Assembly (NCBI GenBank): GCA_902609885.1
Contig: CACLTT010000004.1
Coordinates: 75,556 to 139,555, forward strand
DNA length: 64,000 nt
From: an uncultured Candidatus Hydrogenedens sp.
GTDB lineage: Bacteria; Desulfobacterota_D; UBA1144
Reading direction: 5' to 3'
A model generated the notes under the pieces. That model was not told the DNA's origin, did no database searches, and was given only the letters and a program-made list of their open reading frames with translations. Each line of letters starts with the position of its first letter. Position 1 is the first letter of the stretch. Shown one piece after another: positions 1 through 9,543 of this stretch. A program made the translations under genes and the position numbers.

Positions 1-227
1 CCAAATATTAGCAAAAGAACATAATAGGAATGATTTTTAATACTATTTAATGAAGATTTTGATTCAACAATACCATCAATAACCTGCTTAATATTTATTG
101 GTATTAACAATTCAAAAGATGCAACTATCAACATTGCAAAAAATGCTAAAACGATCCAAAGTTTAAATGGTTGGGCAAAGCTAATTAACCAGAACAAAAT
201 ATTTTTATCTTTTGGACTTTTATGCAT
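1..227 (-). CDS. ABC transporter permease/ATP-binding protein, N-terminal part (partial, runs off the window start); second half-transporter of a tandem pair
   Basis: The reverse-strand frame starts with ATG (complement of 225-227). It reads MHKSPKDKNILFWLISFAQPFKLWIVLAFFAMLIVASFELLIPINIKQVIDGIV, a typical N-terminal TM1 of an ABC exporter. It begins 2 nt after the stop of the upstream ABC gene. Confidence 0.6.
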   Translation of the reverse strand, partial: MHKSPKDKNILFWLISFAQPFKLWIVLAFFAMLIVASFELLIPINIKQVIDGIVESKSSLNSIKNHSYYVLLLIF

Positions 228-1953
228 TCGAATTACCTGGCAATATTTTTTGTATATTTAAGAGTTCTCTGAATAACCCTTTGTTTTCATTAAGTTCTTT
301 AGAATTCCCAGATTCAACAATTTTCCCAGAATCTAAAACTAAAATATTATCCATAGAATAGATTGTGGAAATTCTTGAGGATATGATTATTAAAAATTTT
401 TCTTTAAATTCTTTTTTTAAATTTTTAAGTATTTGTAATTCTGTGTCTACATCTAAAGAGGATAATGTATCATCAATAATTAAAACCTCTGGTTCTTGAT
501 ATAGTGCCCTTGCTATTGAAAGCCTTTGTCTTTGACCACCTGATAAGCTTACACCCCTTTCACCCACTAGCTCATCTAAGCCTTTATCTAAATTTTTTAA
601 ATCCTTAATAAAGCCACTAATTTCAAGACATTTCAAGACCTTATTATCATTATCTTCATTTGTAAAGAAAGTAACATTATCTTTTATGGTTCCAGTAAAT
701 ATTACTGGATTTTGGGGAACAAATAGTACTTTCTCTCTTATTGAATCTTTATTAATATTGTTAATCTCTATGTCATTAAAATAGATATTTTTTGAATACA
801 TATTTTTTAAAATTAGATTTGCTATTGAAGTCTTTCCTGACCCAGTCTTACCTGTAATGCCTAATGACGAACCACGGGAGATATTAAAATTTAAATTTTC
901 AAGAATTTTTTTATTATTTTCTAGATAATCGACTTTATTAAATGATATTGTTTGAATTAAACCGATTTCATTTAAATCTGATTCGTCAATCTCAGAATTT
1001 TGTAAAATTATTGAATTAACTCTTATTAAACATGCGTTCCCTCTCTTTAACCAATCAACTGCTAAACCCATTGCAACAACTGGCCAACCCAGCATTGTTA
1101 GATAAACCATTAAAGATGAGAATTCTCCAATTGATATTTCATTTTGATATACCATCTTGCTGCCAATAAAAATAAAAATAAAAATTGAAACACCTGTAAA
1201 GAAAGTTATTAATGGTTGATAGCCAGCCCAAATTTTAACTAAGCTTAAATTAACCTTCTCATATTCTCTACTTTTTGTTTTAAAATTATTTAATTGATCT
1301 TTTTGGACATTTAAAGATTTGATTACACGAATAGAATATATAATTTTTCTTGCTTCTTCTGTTAATTTTGAAAAAGAAGCTTGAACATTTATAAATAATG
1401 TTTCAATTAAATCTCCATATTTTAATATTAAAACTCCCATTATTATGAAAGGTATTGAGGCATATAACGTAAATATTGGAGAAATAAAAAACATCGAAAT
1501 AAATATAAAAGTCAACAAAACAATCCCATCATATGCAACAACAATTCCAAAACCACAGGCCATTTTAATAGTCTCAATGTCATTAACACCTCGTGCCATG
1601 AAATCTCCAATTGTATTTTTCTCATATGATTCTTTAGGTAATTTTTGAATCTTACTAAAATAGTTATCCCTTAGAGTTTTTTCTATTCTTCTAGATGTTC
1701 CTAAGAGGAAAAACCTCCAAACAAATCTAAAAATTGCCATTATAAATCCACATATAATTAGATAAAATGCGCTGTTGTTAATAATATCAATAATTTGCTT
1801 CGATTCATCAGATGAGTATATAGCATCAATAACATTACCAACTAAAATCGGTACAATAAGTTGCATCATATCTACCATTGTTAATCCGATGATTCCATAA
1901 AATATATTTTTTTTATGATTTTTTAATAAAGAATATAAATTTTGCTTTTTCAT
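220..1953 (-). CDS. ABC transporter, fused permease/ATP-binding protein (MsbA-like exporter half-transporter)
   Basis: N-terminal six-helix TMD; Walker A GKTGSGKTS; ABC signature LSGGQRQRLSIARAL; Walker B LIIDD. Confidence 0.9.
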   Translation of the reverse strand: MKKQNLYSLLKNHKKNIFYGIIGLTMVDMMQLIVPILVGNVIDAIYSSDESKQIIDIINNSAFYLIICGFIMAIFRFVWRFFLLGTSRRIEKTLRDNYFSKIQKLPKESYEKNTIGDFMARGVNDIETIKMACGFGIVVAYDGIVLLTFIFISMFFISPIFTLYASIPFIIMGVLILKYGDLIETLFINVQASFSKLTEEARKIIYSIRVIKSLNVQKDQLNNFKTKSREYEKVNLSLVKIWAGYQPLITFFTGVSIFIFIFIGSKMVYQNEISIGEFSSLMVYLTMLGWPVVAMGLAVDWLKRGNACLIRVNSIILQNSEIDESDLNEIGLIQTISFNKVDYLENNKKILENLNFNISRGSSLGITGKTGSGKTSIANLILKNMYSKNIYFNDIEINNINKDSIREKVLFVPQNPVIFTGTIKDNVTFFTNEDNDNKVLKCLEISGFIKDLKNLDKGLDELVGERGVSLSGGQRQRLSIARALYQEPEVLIIDDTLSSLDVDTELQILKNLKKEFKEKFLIIISSRISTIYSMDNILVLDSGKIVESGNSKELNENKGLFRELLNIQKILPGNSNA

Positions 1954-2016
1954 TTTTACCTAATTAAAATATAAATCTATTTTTCATTATAAATGAAATA
2001 ATTGACAAAAAAGAAA

Positions 2017-2067
2017 ATAAGGGTTTAACTAGGAAAGAACAAAAAGAGTGTATAAGGGTTTAACTAG
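2017..2067. promoter_or_regulatory. two copies of the 16-bp direct repeat ATAAGGGTTTAACTAG (2017-2032 and 2052-2067) in the divergent promoter region; a TTGACA hexamer lies at 2002-2007
   Basis: The exact repeat is read directly from the sequence. It lies between the ABC exporter (-) and the LLM oxidoreductase (+). Confidence 0.4.
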
Positions 2068-2071
2068 AAAA

Positions 2072-2962
2072 ATGGATTTAGGTATTGCTTTACCAATTAT
2101 TGCAAATATTGATATAGATAATCAGCTCAAAATTGCAATAAAGGCTGAACAGCTTGGCTTTAAGTCAGTTTGGGCAAGTGATCATATAATAATTCCACAA
2201 GAATGGAAAGGTAGATTTTCTGATATTTTTCCTGATCCGTTTATAATGCTTACCGCTATATCTCAAAATACATCAAAAATTACTCTTGGTACAAGTGCTA
2301 TTATATTGCCTTATAGGAACCCTATAATTGTAGCCAAAATGCTTTCTACCTTAGATAATTTATGTAACGGTAGGTTAATCTGCACAGTAGCTCCCGGGTG
2401 GATGAAAGAAGAATTTGATATTTTGGGTGTTCCTTATGAGGGAAGAATTCCTAAAACCGAGGAATTTATCAAAATTCTTAAAAATTTATGGAGTGAGAAT
2501 CCAGATCCTTTTGAGGGAGAATTTTATACATTCAAGAACGTTTCATTTCAACCAAGACCCATGCAAGATAAATTACAAATATGGATGGGTGGAAATGCTG
2601 ATGGAGCCATTCAAAGAGCAGTGGATTATGCTGATGGTTGGCAGCCAATATGGTTTGGTCCCGAAGAATTAAAAAACAAAATATTTTATTTAGAAAAGTA
2701 TGCTGACGAAAAGAAAGTAAATATTAACAGGGAAATTTATAATATATCTTTGAGAAATAGAATACTATTTACAAGTGATAAAGATAACGGTAATAATCCT
2801 GATACCGCGTTAATTGGACAAAAAAATGAAGTATTTGATAAAATACTTGCATATAAAGACTTGAGAATAAAAGAAGTTGTTTTAGATTTTATATCACCTA
2901 ATATTGATGAAATTTTAGAAACAATGGAAATTGTAGGAAACGAACTTATTCCAGAGCTTTAA
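2072..2962 (+). CDS. LLM-class (luciferase-like) flavin-dependent oxidoreductase
   Basis: MDLGIALPI...QLGFKSVWASDH N-terminus typical of the luciferase-like monooxygenase family. The ATG at 2072 is preferred over the in-frame GTG at 2048, which lies inside the direct repeat. Confidence 0.8.
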   Translation: MDLGIALPIIANIDIDNQLKIAIKAEQLGFKSVWASDHIIIPQEWKGRFSDIFPDPFIMLTAISQNTSKITLGTSAIILPYRNPIIVAKMLSTLDNLCNGRLICTVAPGWMKEEFDILGVPYEGRIPKTEEFIKILKNLWSENPDPFEGEFYTFKNVSFQPRPMQDKLQIWMGGNADGAIQRAVDYADGWQPIWFGPEELKNKIFYLEKYADEKKVNINREIYNISLRNRILFTSDKDNGNNPDTALIGQKNEVFDKILAYKDLRIKEVVLDFISPNIDEILETMEIVGNELIPEL

Positions 2963-3384
2963 TTTTCTAATCTTTTTATTAAGCCACTCCAATATTTATG
3001 CCAATATGAGTCCTCTATTTGTGTTTTTAACTCCTTTTTTGCGTATGTAATTGCATCATCTTTACTTTCTGTATAAAGTTCCAACTGTTTAGCAGCTGAA
3101 TCGAGCTCGTCTTCAGAAATTTCTATGGAATCCAAAACATCACTAACAAATTTACCCATTTGAATTAACGAATCATTTAGCTGAGTTTTATTTTTATCTA
3201 TCTCATCTGATAAAGATCCAACGTCTTTTCCTAATAAATCTTTAGCTTGGGAAACTCTTGTCAAATAGTCCTCCACAGACTTAACATTTCTGATAGCATT
3301 TTGTAATTCTTTTACTAAGCTCGTCAATTGCCTTGAATCAGACATATTATTTTGGATATCTTTACTTTTGGTTAAATCTCCCAT
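2959..3384 (-). CDS. hypothetical acidic coiled-coil protein
   Basis: 141-aa ORF rich in E/D/K/L heptad-like sequence. Last gene of the cdc48-like operon. No recognisable family. Confidence 0.5.
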   Translation of the reverse strand: MGDLTKSKDIQNNMSDSRQLTSLVKELQNAIRNVKSVEDYLTRVSQAKDLLGKDVGSLSDEIDKNKTQLNDSLIQMGKFVSDVLDSIEISEDELDSAAKQLELYTESKDDAITYAKKELKTQIEDSYWHKYWSGLIKRLEN

Positions 3385-3408
3385 TTCACACCTCTATTAA
3401 ATAATTAA

Positions 3409-4209
3409 TTATTTAGTTTCAAAGATAATTATACCTGGCTTATTTTTTATATATTCTAAAAAATCCTCATCAATAACTTTCATATATTTACTTTTACTAG
3501 ATGCATGCCTAAATATAGCATTCCCTTCTTTATCCCACAAAAGAAACCCCACATGTGATACATCAAGCCCTATCCTATCTGATACAATTCCAACTATATA
3601 ATGATTTTTAGAACCTTTTAAATCCGAAATAATTTTTGTGGCTTTTTTAAAAGATAAATAATTAATATATTTTTCTTTAAGGGGAATTCCTTCTAAATAT
3701 TTTTCTGTTTCGTTTTTTTTATTTAATGTCTTTTTCTCTTTTAAATCTGCTCCTTCAACTTTACTAACCCCTAAAAAATTAATCCAGTCAGTAAAAAAAT
3801 GATTTCTACTATAAAAGTCTACTTCACCTTTATAATACCTATACTCTCTAACTTTATTTTTGAATTCTTGATAATTATTTGAATTTGCTAATGCGTGTAC
3901 ATATTCTACATAAGTAAAACAATCAAGTTTATTCAGATCAATTACAAAAACTTCATCTTTTTTTTCTGAACCAATTAAAACATTACTTACATACGGGATT
4001 CCAACTAGTGCCTTTGAATATTTATTATATTTTTCAAAATACGGTTCAAAATTATATGATTTAATCAAATTCTCAATTTCATTAACATCAAAGTGTTTTA
4101 AATTTGGATTTTCAGTAGAATTTATCTTTGTCGGTAAAACTGTAGAAAAAATAATAAAAATTAAAAAAATAACATTAAATGATAAATGATTTTCTTTTAT
4201 AAATTTCAT
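3409..4209 (-). CDS. exported/membrane-anchored hypothetical protein, tentatively DUF1460-like (permuted papain/NlpC-P60-like fold)
   Basis: N-terminal signal anchor (MKFIKENHLSFNVIFLIFIIFSTVLP) and an LDCFTYVEYVHALA motif. The longest ORF extends to 4269. The start at 4209 is chosen to limit overlap with the upstream gene. Confidence 0.5.
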   Translation of the reverse strand: MKFIKENHLSFNVIFLIFIIFSTVLPTKINSTENPNLKHFDVNEIENLIKSYNFEPYFEKYNKYSKALVGIPYVSNVLIGSEKKDEVFVIDLNKLDCFTYVEYVHALANSNNYQEFKNKVREYRYYKGEVDFYSRNHFFTDWINFLGVSKVEGADLKEKKTLNKKNETEKYLEGIPLKEKYINYLSFKKATKIISDLKGSKNHYIVGIVSDRIGLDVSHVGFLLWDKEGNAIFRHASSKSKYMKVIDEDFLEYIKNKPGIIIFETK

Positions 4210-6217
4210 CAATAGCTTTATTAACCCCATAATTTGAAAGTTCTTTACTATTAGAAAATTGTACAGCAAGGTTTAGCATCGTGTCTATATCAGCACCATT
4301 AAAATCTTTCAATTTGTTTAAGCAATTCTTGTCACAATTATAAATAATTTCTTTATCTTTTATCTTTATTTGAAGAATCTCACTGACTTCATTTTTATCA
4401 GGCAAAGGAGTCTCTAATAATAAGTCAAACCTTCCGGATCTCAATAAAGATTTATCAATTTTTTCTATTTTATTTGTTGCAGCAAGAATTACCACATTAT
4501 TTAATTCTGAGAAACCATCCAACTCTAATAAAATTTGACTTAAAATTCTGCTTGTTACTGAATCAGAGGACTTTTCTAAACTCGAAGAACAAATAGAGTC
4601 AATCTCATCAAAAAAAAGAATTGAGGGCGAGACCTGTCTTGCTTTATTAAAAAAATTTTTAATCAATTGTTCTGATTCCCCTAAGTATTTGGATAAAAGC
4701 TCAGGACCTTTTATCGATATAAAGTTCATACCACTATTATTTGCCAATGCTTTTGCGATCATAGTCTTACCGGAACCCGGAGGTCCATAAAGCATAATAC
4801 CTTTAGGTAAAACTGAGTCAGATGAAACTTTTAGAGGGTCAATTATAACTTCTTCAAGGGTTCCCTTGATTTCTTTTAAACCACCAATCTCTTCCCATTT
4901 TACTTTTGGTGTTTCGACAAATATTTCCCTTATTGCAGAGGGTTGAATAGTTGATAATGCAGATAAAAAATTATCTTGATTTATTCTAATCTGATCAACT
5001 TCATCATAACTGATATCAGTCGCTCCAAGCAGTTTTTGAACTGAGTTTAGGGCCGCATCTTTGCAAACCATTTCAATATCAGCTCCGACAAAACCTGAGG
5101 ATAAAGATGACAATAAATCAAAATCAATATCATCTTCTAGAGGCATTCCTCTGGAATGAATACTGAAAATTTCTTTTCTTCCTTCAAAATTTGGTGGATC
5201 TAAAAAAATCTCTTTATCAAACCTACCAGGTCTTCTTAAAGCAGAATCAATAGAATTTGGCAAGTTCGTAGCTGCTAAAACTATAATTTTACCTCTATCT
5301 TTTAACCCATCCATTAAAGCTAGCAACTGTCCAACAATTCTTTTTTCTACCTCGCCATGCACTCTATCCCGTTTGGGCGCAATTGCATCTATCTCATCAA
5401 TAAACAAAATTGAAGGTTGATTATCTGCAGCAGATTGAAAAATTTCTCTTAGTAGTGCTTCACTTTCACCATAGAATTTACGAACAATTTCTGGTCCATT
5501 AACTATTTTAAAATTTACACCGCATTCATTAGCAATTGCTCTTGCTAGTAGTGTTTTACCTGTCCCGGGGGGCCCGGCTAATAGAATTCCTCTAGGAGCA
5601 TCAATTCCTAGCCTATAAAATATCTCAGGATGCTTAAGAGGTAATTCAACTAAATCTTTAATTTTTTTTAATTGTTCGCCAAGACCACCAATATCATCAT
5701 AAGACGTTATGTTTTCTTTGTTTTGCGAATCTACTCTTTTAATTTCAACTTTGGTTTTAGAATTTATAATTGAAGAACCAGAGGGTGCAAGAGCCATTAC
5801 TTTAAAAGATTCAACTTTGCCTCCAGGCATGGTTGTACTAATGGAATCCCCAGAAGTTACAACTTGTCCGTCTATTTTGTTTAATAAAATTTTAGAATCA
5901 TCATTGAATAACAGGGATTGTGAATTTGTAGGAGATAATACAATTTTTTTTGTTTTTTCTACATTAATTTTTTTTATAGTAACAAAATCATTTAAACTCA
6001 TGTTTATGTTTTGACGAGTAATCCCATCAACTTTTATGTAGTTATTTTTTGTATCTGGTGAGGGCATTAAACGAATAGCTGATTTTCTTTTTCCAAAAAT
6101 TTCCACAACATCAAGTGGCTCTATTCCAAGTTCTTGCATTAATGCGGTAGGAATTCTCGCAAAACCTTTACCTGAATCCTTTACACCTAAATCTTCTAGC
6201 TTTAATTTAATCGACAT
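4175..6217 (-). CDS. Cdc48/VAT-like AAA+ ATPase (N-domain plus two AAA modules)
   Basis: N-terminal Cdc48/VAT N-domain (MSIKLKLEDLGVKDSGKGFARIPTALMQELGIEPLDVVEIFGKR). D1 Walker A GPPGTGKTLLARAIA. D2 Walker A GPPGSGKTMIAKALA. Second-region-of-homology arginines (RRPGRFDKEI, LRSGRFDLLL). Confidence 0.85.
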   Translation of the reverse strand: MSIKLKLEDLGVKDSGKGFARIPTALMQELGIEPLDVVEIFGKRKSAIRLMPSPDTKNNYIKVDGITRQNINMSLNDFVTIKKINVEKTKKIVLSPTNSQSLLFNDDSKILLNKIDGQVVTSGDSISTTMPGGKVESFKVMALAPSGSSIINSKTKVEIKRVDSQNKENITSYDDIGGLGEQLKKIKDLVELPLKHPEIFYRLGIDAPRGILLAGPPGTGKTLLARAIANECGVNFKIVNGPEIVRKFYGESEALLREIFQSAADNQPSILFIDEIDAIAPKRDRVHGEVEKRIVGQLLALMDGLKDRGKIIVLAATNLPNSIDSALRRPGRFDKEIFLDPPNFEGRKEIFSIHSRGMPLEDDIDFDLLSSLSSGFVGADIEMVCKDAALNSVQKLLGATDISYDEVDQIRINQDNFLSALSTIQPSAIREIFVETPKVKWEEIGGLKEIKGTLEEVIIDPLKVSSDSVLPKGIMLYGPPGSGKTMIAKALANNSGMNFISIKGPELLSKYLGESEQLIKNFFNKARQVSPSILFFDEIDSICSSSLEKSSDSVTSRILSQILLELDGFSELNNVVILAATNKIEKIDKSLLRSGRFDLLLETPLPDKNEVSEILQIKIKDKEIIYNCDKNCLNKLKDFNGADIDTMLNLAVQFSNSKELSNYGVNKAIDEIYKRKSFII

Positions 6218-6303
6218 ATTTCTTAATAGATTACCGATGGGTTATAATAGTTCAAGCAATAGTAGATTTAAAAAATAAATTTTTGGATGATATTTAACTT
6301 ATA

Positions 6304-6735
6304 ATGATCAATATAATTAAAGAAGATTTAAAGACAGCGATGAGAAATAAAGACAAAGTAAAAATTAATACTCTAAGGGGTCTTATTTCTATTTTTAATA
6401 ATTCTGATTCAAAAAATGATGAATCTTTGATAACAAAAATTCTTAAAAAAGAAGCCAAAAAAAGGAAAGAAGCCATAAGTCTTTACAAGGAAAGTAATAG
6501 AAAAGATTTAATGGAAAATGAATTAAAAGAATTAAAAATTTTAGAATCATATATGCCAGAGCAAATTTCAGATGAAGAGTTAGAAAATAAAATAAATGAG
6601 TTGAGTAAAAAATTATTTAGTGATTCCAAACCAGAACTTGGTATATTAATAAAAAATTCTATTGAGAAATTGAGTGAATTTTCTGATAATGGAACTATTA
6701 GTAAAATATGTAAAAAAGTAATAGGAGCTAAGTAA
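6304..6735 (+). CDS. GatB/YqeY domain protein
   Basis: 143 aa with MINIIKEDLKTAMRNKDKVKINTLRG...AISLYKE, typical of the YqeY family. Confidence 0.8.
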   Translation: MINIIKEDLKTAMRNKDKVKINTLRGLISIFNNSDSKNDESLITKILKKEAKKRKEAISLYKESNRKDLMENELKELKILESYMPEQISDEELENKINELSKKLFSDSKPELGILIKNSIEKLSEFSDNGTISKICKKVIGAK

Positions 6736-6738
6736 ATA

Positions 6739-8511
6739 ATGGATTGGAATTTAAATGACTTATATAAAAATATAAACTCAAATAAAATTTCTGATGATTT
6801 TATAAAACTTGAAAAGCTTTCAATTAAATTTAATAAATCTTATAAAAATAAAATAAAAAATAAATCAAACCCAAAGACCGTACATAAAGCCATAGTGGAA
6901 CTTGAGAAAATATATGAGGGTCTAGGTAAATTATCATCTTATGCTTCATTAAATTTTGCTGCCAATACAAACAATGAAAAGATATCTCAGTTTTATCAGT
7001 CAACTAGTGAAAAAGTCTCACAAATTAGAAAAAATCTCATCTTTTTCTTTATCGATTGGAATAATATTGATTCTAAAAATGCTAAGAGAATTTATGATAC
7101 AAAAATTTTATTGAAATATAAAAATCTCCTTGAATCAGAAAGAAAATATAAACCATATATTTTATCCGAATCTGAGGAAAAAATTTTAGATCAAAAAGCG
7201 CTAACCTCATCTCGAGCTTTTAATAGACTTTTTGATGAAACTTTAAATAATATAATCTTCGATGTAAAAATAAAAGGAAAGAATAAAAAACTATCTGAGA
7301 CACAAACATTATCTTTACTATATGATAAGGATAGAAAAATAAGAACCGAAGCGGCTAAGGGATTGACCAAAGGTCTGAATTCTGAAAAAAAATTAATAAC
7401 CTTCATTTTTAATCAAATCCTAAGTGATTGCAAAATCATTAATGATCTTAGAGGTTACAAAAATCCTATAGACTCTAGAAATTTATCAAATGAAATAAAC
7501 ATAAAAACTGTAAATGCTCTTATTGCTGCATGTGATAAAAACAATTCTCTAGTTCATAGATATTATAAATTAAAGTCCAAAATCCTAAAAATTAAGAACT
7601 TCATGGATTATGATAGGTACGCACCCCTCGGTGAATCACAAAAAAAGTATACTTTCAAAGATGCAAAGAAAATCGTGCTTGATTCTTTTAGTTCTTTTTC
7701 GCCAGAAATGTCAAAAGTTGCATCTTTATTTTTTGATAAAAAATGGATTGATTTCAATATCAGAGATGGGAAACGTGCTGGCGCATTTAGCCATTCTTGT
7801 GTGCCCTCAGTTCATCCTTATATTTTAATGAATTTTACTGGTAAAATTAGAGATGTAACAACACTAGCTCATGAACTTGGTCACGGAATTCATCAATATC
7901 TCTCTAGAAAAAACGGATATTTTCAACAAAATACTCCTCTAACAACCGCTGAAACTGCAAGTGTTTTTGCGGAAATGTTGGTTTTCAACAAACTATTATC
8001 AGAATTAAATTCTCCCAAACAAAAATTATACTTAATTTGTTCGAAACTAGAGGATATTTTTGCAACAGTTTTTAGGCAAATAGTAATGACAAACTTTGAA
8101 ATATCTATACACAGCAGAAGAAAACTTGGTGGTGAGCTCGCATCTGAGGAATTTGATAAATTCTGGGTTAATGCAAATAAAAAAATGTTCGGTAAATCAA
8201 TTAAAATATCAGAATATTATAAAAATTGGTGGATGTATATTCCACATTTTATTCATTCCCCCTTTTATTGTTATTCATACTCTTTTGGGGAATTATTAGT
8301 TCATGGCCTTTTCGCCAAATATAATAAAGAGGGTAAAAGTTTTGTTAATAAATATATGAACTTACTTTCCTCTGGTTCAACTGAAATTCCAGAAAAATTA
8401 GTAAAAAAAGTTGGAATAGATCTAAATGATAGTAAGTTTTGGGAAAGTAGCATGTATTTAATGAAAGAACTTGTCATTAAAGCAGAAAAGCTATATAAAC
8501 AAATCAACTAA
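6739..8511 (+). CDS. pepF: oligoendopeptidase F (M3B family metallopeptidase)
   Basis: 590 aa; HEXXH zinc motif HELGHGIH with a downstream glutamate; M3 family architecture. Confidence 0.85.
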   Translation: MDWNLNDLYKNINSNKISDDFIKLEKLSIKFNKSYKNKIKNKSNPKTVHKAIVELEKIYEGLGKLSSYASLNFAANTNNEKISQFYQSTSEKVSQIRKNLIFFFIDWNNIDSKNAKRIYDTKILLKYKNLLESERKYKPYILSESEEKILDQKALTSSRAFNRLFDETLNNIIFDVKIKGKNKKLSETQTLSLLYDKDRKIRTEAAKGLTKGLNSEKKLITFIFNQILSDCKIINDLRGYKNPIDSRNLSNEINIKTVNALIAACDKNNSLVHRYYKLKSKILKIKNFMDYDRYAPLGESQKKYTFKDAKKIVLDSFSSFSPEMSKVASLFFDKKWIDFNIRDGKRAGAFSHSCVPSVHPYILMNFTGKIRDVTTLAHELGHGIHQYLSRKNGYFQQNTPLTTAETASVFAEMLVFNKLLSELNSPKQKLYLICSKLEDIFATVFRQIVMTNFEISIHSRRKLGGELASEEFDKFWVNANKKMFGKSIKISEYYKNWWMYIPHFIHSPFYCYSYSFGELLVHGLFAKYNKEGKSFVNKYMNLLSSGSTEIPEKLVKKVGIDLNDSKFWESSMYLMKELVIKAEKLYKQIN

Positions 8512-9053
8512 TGATTAAAATTTCCAACGGTACAAAGAAAGGATTTAAACTTAAAGTTCCATCAAGTGGCAATGTTCGACCCAAAACATCAAAAGTGAGA
8601 AAAATGATCTTTGATATAATTCAAGATGTGAATAATTATCATATTTTAGACTTGTTTGCCGGATGTGGTTCTTTAGGAATAGAAAGCTTGAGTATGGGAG
8701 CTAAATTTGTTACTTTTGTGGATAAGAGCAATATATCAACTAAATATATTAAAGACAATCTTATTAAATGCTCTTTTGAAAATAAGGCTGAAGTTATAAA
8801 TAAAAGTTTTTCAGAAACAACTCGTCAATTAATTAAAAGAAATTATAAATATGATTTAATTTTTATTGATCCTCCATATGATTATTTTGATGAAAAAAGC
8901 TTAAATGGTATCATTAGAACTGCCTTAAAGCTTTTAGAAAATCAGGGTATTATAGTATGTGAGCATCCAATGGAAGAAAAAATTAAATTAGATGTTTCAA
9001 GTTATAGAGTAAAAAAATATAAAGATAAATATATAACATTTTGTGAGAAATAA
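8511..9053 (+). CDS. rsmD: 16S rRNA (guanine966-N2)-methyltransferase
   Basis: DLFAGCGSLGIE SAM-binding motif and a DPPY catalytic motif. Conserved rsmD-coaD adjacency. Confidence 0.85.
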   Translation: MIKISNGTKKGFKLKVPSSGNVRPKTSKVRKMIFDIIQDVNNYHILDLFAGCGSLGIESLSMGAKFVTFVDKSNISTKYIKDNLIKCSFENKAEVINKSFSETTRQLIKRNYKYDLIFIDPPYDYFDEKSLNGIIRTALKLLENQGIIVCEHPMEEKIKLDVSSYRVKKYKDKYITFCEK

Positions 9054-9541
9054 TGAAAAGGTCTGTAATATATCCAGGTAGTTTTGATCCATTAACTAAC
9101 GGGCATATAAATATTATTAAACGCGCATCAAAGTCTTTTGATAAAGTTGTTGTAGCAGTAGCCGTCAACTCCAGCAAATCATCAATCATGAATATTGATC
9201 AAAGAGTAAAAGTGATAAAAAAAATATTTAAAAATAATAATAAAATTGTTGTTGATAAATTTGAAGGATTGTTAGTTAGATATGCAAACCAGAAAAAAGT
9301 TAAAACTATTTTAAGGGGAATGAGAACAGTTCAAGATTTTGAATATGAGTTACAAATGGCAACATCTAATAATAAACTAGATTCTACTATAGAAACAATT
9401 TTCATGGTTGCGGATGCTAATTTTGCTCACATAAGTTCTTCATTAATAAAAGATATAATAAAGCTTGGTGGAAGTGCTAAAGAATTTATCCCAGCCGCTG
9501 TTGAATCAGAGCTTAAAAAAATTTTGAATAAAAGGAAATAA
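9053..9541 (+). CDS. coaD: phosphopantetheine adenylyltransferase
   Basis: YPGSFDPLTNGHINII (HxGH nucleotidyltransferase motif); 162 aa. Confidence 0.9.
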   Translation: MKRSVIYPGSFDPLTNGHINIIKRASKSFDKVVVAVAVNSSKSSIMNIDQRVKVIKKIFKNNNKIVVDKFEGLLVRYANQKKVKTILRGMRTVQDFEYELQMATSNNKLDSTIETIFMVADANFAHISSSLIKDIIKLGGSAKEFIPAAVESELKKILNKRK

Positions 9542-9543
9542 TA

